The notes beneath the pieces are model-generated. The model worked only from the letters and a program-made list of their open reading frames with translations. It was not told the origin of the DNA and searched no databases. Below, piece after piece: positions 53,740 to 60,843 of a DNA stretch of 64,000 nucleotides. Position 1 is the stretch's first letter; each line of letters begins with the position of its first letter. The translations under genes were made by a program, and so were the position numbers. The stretch spans positions 2,697-66,696 of the forward strand of contig DAHXMW010000010.1 in NCBI GenBank assembly GCA_027371545.1. Reading direction: 5' to 3'. This DNA is from Candidatus Micrarchaeota archaeon. GTDB taxonomy: Archaea; Micrarchaeota; Micrarchaeia; Micrarchaeales; CABMGC01.

Positions 53740-54272
53740 TCTCTCTTGGAAGATTCTTATTGACCCTGAAAGCAATATACAAGAGACCCAGGTATGTAGC
53801 TCTTAATGTTGCATTTGTAGCGGTTTACTACTATTTGTTCAAGTATCTTGTGCTGCTTCAGAACAGAGGCATTTTCATTGTTCTTGGAGCTCCTTTGTAT
53901 CTGATATATGCAGTAGTAATTACATCATCTATTCTGATGACTGTAGCTATTTATGCCGTATTTTCCAGGAGAAGCCCTTATCACGCTTATGGAGGAGTTC
54001 TGGGAAGCGCGAGTGCAGTGGTTGCAGGAATAATAAGTGGGTGCGGATGCACAGCGCCGCTCCTACTCGGGAGTTTTACTTTGGTTGTAGGCATAAGCGA
54101 AGCTACTTATCTTAATAATTTCTTATCCGACAATACATTTGCAATACTGCTCTTCTTCCTCATTTTCAACTTGTTCATGATTGTATATTATCTGTACCGC
54201 ATGCCGGATTCGTGCATTTACGGCAGATTAAAAAGAAAGAGAGCAGCCAGTAATGTCAAGGCAAAGCGCTGA
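53736..54272 (+). CDS. Polytopic membrane protein with an intramembrane C-G-C motif (unknown family)
   Basis: From ATG 53736, which overlaps the upstream TGA as ATGA, it reads MISLGRFLL.... About 4 TM segments. Contains AGIISGCGCTAPLLLG and a C-terminal DSCIYG. The 25 upstream codons in the track ORF overlap the DUF929 gene. Confidence 0.5.
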   Translation: MISLGRFLLTLKAIYKRPRYVALNVAFVAVYYYLFKYLVLLQNRGIFIVLGAPLYLIYAVVITSSILMTVAIYAVFSRRSPYHAYGGVLGSASAVVAGIISGCGCTAPLLLGSFTLVVGISEATYLNNFLSDNTFAILLFFLIFNLFMIVYYLYRMPDSCIYGRLKRKRAASNVKAKR

Positions 54273-54276
54273 TTCT

Positions 54277-54894
54277 TTACGGAGCAGATACAAGGTGGGT
54301 TGGTATTGCTATTGCAGCTATCCCGAATGAGAGTATGCTGCCAAGCAGAAGCAGGAGCCAGAATATAACGAGTATTGCGTGCCACCCTTTCCAAGGATTC
54401 TTGCGGAGTCCCGGAAGTTTGTCGGCTATGAGTGCAACAGGATATGAAAAGATCCCTGCAAGCCCGTAGAGGAAATAGAGCGCAAGGAGTGCGATTGGTT
54501 CGCTCGTTAGGCCTATTCCGTATCCTTCTATCCCGTATATTATTACCATCAGGCCAACAAGAAGGCCTACCATGCCTATGTATTCAAGCTTTGATTTGTA
54601 CACCACTGATACAGCATATCCTATGAGTATTATTCCAAATGCTATGAGAGGATCGTAGAAGAGTATGTTGTAGCTTCCCGGAAGCGGCCATGTGAATTGC
54701 CCCCATATGCCCATTAAAAACATGTAAATGCCGAGCAGTCCCAAAGGCACACTCGAGCTTCTGATCGTATCTGAAAAGGTTGCATTCTTCCTCTTTTTGT
54801 ATATTAGATACATTGAGGATATGGTATAAAGGAGCAAGAATCCCGCAAAGCTTATTGCAAACAGTGAGAACGCAAGGTTGTCTATAAAAGCCAC
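54277..54894 (-). CDS. DUF981-like integral membrane protein
   Basis: About 6 TM segments. GQFTWPLPGSYNILFYDP resembles the DUF981 signature as I recall it. Confidence 0.45.
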   Translation of the reverse strand: MAFIDNLAFSLFAISFAGFLLLYTISSMYLIYKKRKNATFSDTIRSSSVPLGLLGIYMFLMGIWGQFTWPLPGSYNILFYDPLIAFGIILIGYAVSVVYKSKLEYIGMVGLLVGLMVIIYGIEGYGIGLTSEPIALLALYFLYGLAGIFSYPVALIADKLPGLRKNPWKGWHAILVIFWLLLLLGSILSFGIAAIAIPTHLVSAP

Positions 54895-54974
54895 TTTGCC
54901 ACCCGCACAGTCTTATATTAAAGGCAGGCCTATATATTGTTTTGCCTGGTTATTCTGCTTGCTTGCTAACAAGT

Positions 54975-57563
54975 TTATGCAGTCTTAACCTTGACAGGGC
55001 CTATACCCTTTGATTCCTTTATAAGGTCTTTCCTGAATACGGGGGATATCTCGGCTGCGACTATCTTTCCCTTTTCCGCATCTACTTTCAGATCAAGGAA
55101 CATATAGCCTGTTGTGTCCCCTACAGGTATGCTTATCCTCTTTAGGTATGGGTTATCCTTTGCTTCCTGCATTGCAGGAGATTCGGCAACTATTATCCCG
55201 TTTGCGCTTACAACCTTGAAGCTATGGAAGTGCCCACCTACGCTGAGTTCCACGTCGCTCTTCTTCTTCTCTGCGAAGCTTATCATTGCAGACTCTGTAG
55301 GGCCTACCTTATGGCTGGTCGCTATGCGTATTCCATCTATCTTGAAGCTCTCCGCGCCGTAATCGCTTCCGCTCACGGCAAATAAGCGGTCCTTCCACCC
55401 GGAATCGAGTTTGCCCTGCTCTTCATGCGCCATGAGGTGCACGGCAGTCATATCCCTAAGCCTTGTGGATTCGTCAAGCTGCCAATCCGAGTATGTCTTG
55501 TTGTAGTGGTTGCCTGAGACAAATATCACGCTGCCTCCACGCATTATGACATCGTCTATAAGGGGCATTGCTATCTCCATGAAAGGCCTCGCCTGGGCGT
55601 CTATGTTGCTTATGACCCTGCTCTTGCTCGAATAGTATGATTCAAGCAGCTTGGCCTTAAGCTCCTCTCCGCTGATTCCGGACTCTATCAGCTGCTTCTC
55701 GTAGTCTCTTGGGAATGTCACTTCGGATTCTGGCCTGTTTACGTACTTGTAATTGTTATGGTTCCCTTCTATTATGTCGCCGCTGAATATGAGGACGTCT
55801 GGCTTGCGCGCGAGGGCGTCTTTCACGCTCTCCTGCAGCAGCTTTGCATCGCTGTAGTTTCCGAAATGCACGTCGCTTATTACAGCCACCTTCATCTGGC
55901 GGGGATCCTGAGGCGGACCTTCTGCGTGGTGCGGTATTGTCTGCATTATGCCTTCGCTTCCGAGTATAGTGGCGTCCTTCTCCGTAAGCTCAGATGGCCT
56001 CTTGTTGGATGCTATTAGTAGATCCAGCCCTGGCTTGGTTGAGCCCTCAGTATCAGAATTAGGCTTGGTCCCTGTTATTAATTTCGTAGCCGCTCCTAGC
56101 TCCTCTACATCGCTTGCGCGCCTCTCTGCCTTCAGGAGCTCGGATGATATTATGGAGAACTGCACTGTGCCGTCAGGGTTTACTTTCACCATGCTTGCCC
56201 CAGAGTCGAGATAGCCTTTCTCGAAGGCCTGCGTCTGTTTCGTCTTTATCCTGCTGTTCCAGAGGCTCGCTATTCCGCTTATATCGAAGAACGGGCCCTG
56301 TGAGAGTACGGCAAGCAGGGCTTCGCTGTTGTCCTTTATCGGATCTATGCTGAAAGAGGTATATGTGTTGTTCCCGCTTACCAGCAATGTAAGAGGTTTT
56401 GAGAGGAGCTTGTCGTAGCTTAGTATCCCGCCGTTCTTGAGCAATCGCTCGAATCTATCCGGCATCTGGGAGTTGCTCGTCTTCTGATATGATTGCGAGG
56501 ACATATTCATGGAGTTGCTTACAACTAGGTTGAATTCGTATCCTCCGCTGTTCTTTTCGTACAGGGCGACTTCCTCCATGTTTACTACGACATCGCGCTT
56601 CCTTCCTAGCGCATCGCGTATTGTTGATCCGTAATAGGATAGGGCTGCCTCGCGTATCAGGTCAACCGCCTCCTTTGAGACTACAATGTTCTTTGTGAAT
56701 GTGTATGCCTGCTTCATCCTCTGCGCCATCGCATTTGTCGATTCGGTATTTATTGCATGCTCGTACCTGTAATTCAGCGCCTTGAGTATGCTTGCCTGCC
56801 GCTTTGATTCTGAGCGCAGTGTTTCTGCCTGCTGGGGCGTCGTGGAAGTGTCTTCAAGCTGGCGCTGGATATCATCCTGCCTCGCTGTTGCGTTCTTTAT
56901 CATCTTCTTTATCTCTTCTTTTGATGATTTGTCGAGGCTCATCTCATAGAGTTTCTGGAGAAGTTCCTTCCTGAAGGTAAGTTCATCAAGAATTGCGCGC
57001 TCGGCCTTGAGTTTTCTATCGACTCTTCTTAGCTCCTCTTCGCGTGCAAGTTCTGGCGATGAGTGCTGCTGCTCTGCAAGGCTTCTCCGAGAGGAAGTAT
57101 ATGCGCGTATATTGGTGCGCTGTGCACGAATCCCCTCTATTGTGCTGTCGAGGCGTGACGCGAGGCTCTCTGCACTATAAGCAAATTCCTTGTTCAGCGT
57201 GTCTTCTATAAGCTTTATGTTCTCGAAGTCTGCTTTTCCAAGGACATATATTGCAGTCGCATCGCTTGGAAGGGAATTGACAAGCCTCTCGACATGCGGC
57301 TTTACTATAGCAGCTGCATCATTAGCATTTGATACGCCACCCTTCTTTATTGAGAGTAGTTTATCCCTGTACCTCGAAGAACCTGTCATCGGAAATTCCG
57401 GTATCAGACCTCCATTTATTATTAGGAAATTGGGCTTCTCGGAATTCGGAATCTGATTTATGTAGTGTGCGAGGCCAATGAAATTGTCCTCTCCCAGATA
57501 TTCCGTCCCGCCTCCAACATCAGAGATAACCAATACGTTAAAACTTTTTTCCCCACTCTGCAT
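54975..57563 (-). CDS. Tandem calcineurin-like metallophosphoesterase: degenerate N-terminal copy with a coiled-coil insert, intact C-terminal copy
   Basis: The C-terminal half has all MPE motifs: VAVISDVHFG (DxH), IFSGDIIEG (GD), VSGNHYN (GNH) and GGHFHSF (GHxH). The N-terminal half is collinear but lacks the ligands: VLVISDVGGG, LIINGGLIPE, YVLGKADFE. A long charged helical region (EELRRVDRKLKAERAILDELTFRKELLQKLYEM...) follows. Confidence 0.65.
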   Translation of the reverse strand: MQSGEKSFNVLVISDVGGGTEYLGEDNFIGLAHYINQIPNSEKPNFLIINGGLIPEFPMTGSSRYRDKLLSIKKGGVSNANDAAAIVKPHVERLVNSLPSDATAIYVLGKADFENIKLIEDTLNKEFAYSAESLASRLDSTIEGIRAQRTNIRAYTSSRRSLAEQQHSSPELAREEELRRVDRKLKAERAILDELTFRKELLQKLYEMSLDKSSKEEIKKMIKNATARQDDIQRQLEDTSTTPQQAETLRSESKRQASILKALNYRYEHAINTESTNAMAQRMKQAYTFTKNIVVSKEAVDLIREAALSYYGSTIRDALGRKRDVVVNMEEVALYEKNSGGYEFNLVVSNSMNMSSQSYQKTSNSQMPDRFERLLKNGGILSYDKLLSKPLTLLVSGNNTYTSFSIDPIKDNSEALLAVLSQGPFFDISGIASLWNSRIKTKQTQAFEKGYLDSGASMVKVNPDGTVQFSIISSELLKAERRASDVEELGAATKLITGTKPNSDTEGSTKPGLDLLIASNKRPSELTEKDATILGSEGIMQTIPHHAEGPPQDPRQMKVAVISDVHFGNYSDAKLLQESVKDALARKPDVLIFSGDIIEGNHNNYKYVNRPESEVTFPRDYEKQLIESGISGEELKAKLLESYYSSKSRVISNIDAQARPFMEIAMPLIDDVIMRGGSVIFVSGNHYNKTYSDWQLDESTRLRDMTAVHLMAHEEQGKLDSGWKDRLFAVSGSDYGAESFKIDGIRIATSHKVGPTESAMISFAEKKKSDVELSVGGHFHSFKVVSANGIIVAESPAMQEAKDNPYLKRISIPVGDTTGYMFLDLKVDAEKGKIVAAEISPVFRKDLIKESKGIGPVKVKTA

Positions 57564-57691
57564 TTTACCCCCCGATACTAATTATGCATATGGTTATTTA
57601 ATTCTTTATTGCTGTTTCTGTGCGGATTTTATAAATATTCTTATTTGCTGCAGCACCAAAAACAAAACTAATAAAGGTTTGGAGATAAGAT

Positions 57692-58177
57692 ATGCATATG
57701 GTTGATATTTTTCCTCACAGCGCGGGCGTTAGCCACGTCAGAGGCATCGTAAGGATAATAAGCCAGAATGAAGGCGCTGTCTCAATATCCGAACTTGCCG
57801 AAGAGGCTGAGGAGGACGTCGACGATTTACTACCGCTGATAGACGCATGCGAGCTTATGGGGCTTGCTTCGGTGAAGGACTCTGAGATAAGGATAACCGA
57901 GAAAGGGGCGAAGATGGTAAAATCGGGGCCTTTCAAAATACTTAGGGAAAGCATAAGGAAGGTGGAGCCTTTCAAGAGTACAATAGCTGCCATATCAAAG
58001 AACAGGAAAACTACGGAAGAAATAGCAGAATACCTAATTGGCAAGGGGATAGTAATTGATCAGGTACCTGAGAATAATGTCCAGACCCTCAGGAAGCTGC
58101 TGCGCAACTGGGGTGCAGGCACAAGGCTGCTTTCATACGATGAGCAGAACGATTCCTGGAGCATAAGGAGCTATTGA
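57692..58177 (+). CDS. Stand-alone 'AAA-associated domain' protein of NitT/TauT-type ABC systems
   Basis: 161 aa. HVRGIVRIISQNEGAVSISELAEEAEEDVDDLLPLIDACELMGLA resembles the C-terminal accessory domain found on, or next to, nitrate/sulfonate-type ABC ATPases. It abuts the ABC ATPase gene tail-to-tail. Confidence 0.45.
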   Translation: MHMVDIFPHSAGVSHVRGIVRIISQNEGAVSISELAEEAEEDVDDLLPLIDACELMGLASVKDSEIRITEKGAKMVKSGPFKILRESIRKVEPFKSTIAAISKNRKTTEEIAEYLIGKGIVIDQVPENNVQTLRKLLRNWGAGTRLLSYDEQNDSWSIRSY

Positions 58178-58933
58178 TCAGTCATTTGCAAGTGCGGCAT
58201 ATACCTGATCCATCGTAGCTGTGAATTTCCTGCTCCTCTTTGTTCTTGGACGCTTGAGATCCACAGTGATTATCTCCTTTACCGTTGACGGTTTTTTTGA
58301 CAATACTATTATCCTGTCGGAGAGCTCCACTGCCTCTTCAACGTTATGGGTCACCATTATGACCGACTTCACAGGGAGATCCTTGTTCTTGAGCTGGTAT
58401 AATATATCGTTCCTGAGAGTGTCTGCGGTAAGCTGGTCCAACGAGCTGAACGGCTCGTCCATAAGGAGCACGCTTGGCGCTGATGCAAGTGCCCTGGCTA
58501 TCCCTACCCTCTGCTTCATGCCTCCACTGAGTATGTTCGGGTAAGAGTTCTCGAATCCGCTAAGGCCGAACGTATCGAGAAGGAGCGTTGCCCTCTTGGT
58601 CTTCTCCTCTTCGCTTATATCCAATATCGAGAATCCAAGCTTGACATTCTCAAGCACCGTAAGCCATGGCAGTAGTGCGAAATCCTGGAATACAAACGAA
58701 ACGCCCCTGGACGGGCCCTTGACTTCGCTATCCATGTACATTACTTTTCCAGTGTTTGGCATTATGAGCCCCGCTATTATCCTGAGCAATGTGCTTTTCC
58801 CGCAGCCGCTCGGGCCGGTTACGGATATGAATTCGTCCTCCTCAACGCTAAATGATACCTTGTCAATCAGGCTTGCTTCTCCTTCCTCGAATGAGAATGA
58901 TATGTCTTCAAGCTTGATCATTGTCATTGGCAT
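58178..58933 (-). CDS. ABC transporter ATP-binding protein (NitT/TauT family-like)
   Basis: Walker A GPSGCGKST, Q-loop, signature LSGGMKQRVGIARAL, Walker B LLMDEPFSSLD and H-loop VTHN. Confidence 0.85.
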   Translation of the reverse strand: MPMTMIKLEDISFSFEEGEASLIDKVSFSVEEDEFISVTGPSGCGKSTLLRIIAGLIMPNTGKVMYMDSEVKGPSRGVSFVFQDFALLPWLTVLENVKLGFSILDISEEEKTKRATLLLDTFGLSGFENSYPNILSGGMKQRVGIARALASAPSVLLMDEPFSSLDQLTADTLRNDILYQLKNKDLPVKSVIMVTHNVEEAVELSDRIIVLSKKPSTVKEIITVDLKRPRTKRSRKFTATMDQVYAALAND

Positions 58934-58937
58934 TTTA

Positions 58938-60524
58938 TTACCTATATACTATTGTCGCCTTGCGATATAACCTTTTCCATAAAAATGTATTAATAAGAAT
59001 TATCATTGCAGAGAGATTTATTAGGCCTATGAGCATGAGGAGCAGGTTGTTGGAGTTTAATGCCAGATTAAGCAGTTTGCCTATTCCCACGCCAACCTGC
59101 GTGACCGAATCCCCGCTCACGAAGTATTCAGCCACTATGCTTACGTTCCACTCAGCAGCTATAGCTGTAACCGCTCCGGTTATGAGACCTGGTATTATTG
59201 CCGGTATGTATATCTTCTTCCAGGCCTCAAGGCCGTGTATGCCAAATACTTTCTTGACCTCGTCTATCCTAAATGGCATGGATTTGCTCGCACCTATAGC
59301 GCTGAATATCAGGTACCATATCCCGCTGATGAAATATACCATTATTGCAGTAAGTTCAGCAGAATGCGGATAGGTCCTGAGTGTGGATATTATTGCCGGA
59401 AGCAGTATCGTTGAGGGTATTGATGCTATTATCTGGAAGGCAATTATATAGCGTGAGATGTTCTTTGACATGAATATGAGATAAACAGATATTGGCACGG
59501 ATATTGCCAGAATTATTGCAAAGACAACCCATATCCTGACGAAAGAGAATGCTATGCTTTCTGCGACAAATGCTTCGTCGCTTATTATTTTAGGGTAATA
59601 ATATGTGACCAGTGCGGTTGCTATCATCAGCATCATTAATAGAAATGCAATCTGCTTTTTAGATGAGGCTTTCATAGATTTTTTGGATGGCAGCGTCTTG
59701 CTTATGTACATGCTGGCTTTTGGATATGCTTTCTCTCTGCCGGTAGTACTGGGCCTTTGTGCAGGCTGAATTCTGGTAAAAAGCCTGTTTGGCAATTTAG
59801 CTATTGAACGCCAGTTCAGGTACCTGTTCACGTTTGATTGTGGCTTGTAGTATCTTGAGTAGTAATCCTCAAGTGGCTTGAAAAAGAGCATCCTAGTTGC
59901 TATAACGAAAACTACGAACATTGCGATGCCGGTGAGATAATATGTAATGTTGCTCGTTATTGCTGCGCTTGCCAGAGCCGCGCCTATCCCATACTTAACG
60001 CTGTATTGTGCGGTGCCGGTTGAGAATATTTCGCTTGTGACAAGATAAAAGAGCCCTATTGACCAAGATAATATTGACTGCTGCACTATCCTTGGTGCCG
60101 CAGCTGGAAGGTATATTGTCTTGAGTTTCTCCAGGCTCGTAAGGCCATACATCTCAGACATCTCGAAAAACTCCGATGGTATTGTCTTTATGGCTTCGTA
60201 TACGCCGAATATTATATTCCATATCATGCTTGTTACGATTAGAAAGATCACAGCGGCATTTATTCCTATATAGCCTGGCAGGTATCCTACAAAAACGTAT
60301 ATCACTATAGGGAAGAATGCGAGGATTGGCAATGTCTGGAATATATCTATCACGGGGAGCAGAAGCTTCTCGGCCCTTCTAGAAGTAGCGATATATATCC
60401 CGAGGATTATGCTTATGACTACGGATATTCCCAGGGCTATGAACATCCTAGACCATGAATATATGCTGTCTACAAGAAGATTTCCTATTAACCCTAGATA
60501 AAGAGACATATCCATCCGAGACAC
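58938..60524 (-). CDS. ABC transporter permease, duplicated (two fused transmembrane domains)
   Basis: 528 aa with two hydrophobic halves separated by a basic linker (KPQSNVNRYLNWRS...KKSMKASSKK). Directly upstream of the ABC ATPase (4-nt gap). Confidence 0.72.
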   Translation of the reverse strand: MSRMDMSLYLGLIGNLLVDSIYSWSRMFIALGISVVISIILGIYIATSRRAEKLLLPVIDIFQTLPILAFFPIVIYVFVGYLPGYIGINAAVIFLIVTSMIWNIIFGVYEAIKTIPSEFFEMSEMYGLTSLEKLKTIYLPAAAPRIVQQSILSWSIGLFYLVTSEIFSTGTAQYSVKYGIGAALASAAITSNITYYLTGIAMFVVFVIATRMLFFKPLEDYYSRYYKPQSNVNRYLNWRSIAKLPNRLFTRIQPAQRPSTTGREKAYPKASMYISKTLPSKKSMKASSKKQIAFLLMMLMIATALVTYYYPKIISDEAFVAESIAFSFVRIWVVFAIILAISVPISVYLIFMSKNISRYIIAFQIIASIPSTILLPAIISTLRTYPHSAELTAIMVYFISGIWYLIFSAIGASKSMPFRIDEVKKVFGIHGLEAWKKIYIPAIIPGLITGAVTAIAAEWNVSIVAEYFVSGDSVTQVGVGIGKLLNLALNSNNLLLMLIGLINLSAMIILINTFLWKRLYRKATIVYR

Positions 60525-60843
60525 CTCTCCCCAAGCGAAGTTTGGGAGTACCCTGCTGCAATTCTATAATGTTTTTTTCCTCGCTTTATCTGGTGATGCA
60601 GTGCGTGCATGCGTTTTATGATGCCTCCCGAATGGTCTTTTTCTATCTTCATTTCATTATGGAATTTATTTAGCATGATATCGCTTTTTGAATGTTGCAA
60701 TTTTGTATAGTTAATTAGAATCCATGCCATATATACGCTTTTTGTTATTTTGTCCCGTTTTTTCTGCTATGGGCAAGATGAGCTGCATAAGGTTTATAAA
60801 TGTGTAAAAGTAATACATCCTATGTTCCCTTATTCTAAGATTT

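Noticed and set aside
60494-60730. 78-aa minus-strand ORF upstream of the ABC permease
   Set aside because: His/Lys-rich with no motif. It overlaps the permease start, and it may just be the promoter/leader region. Not supportable as a gene.
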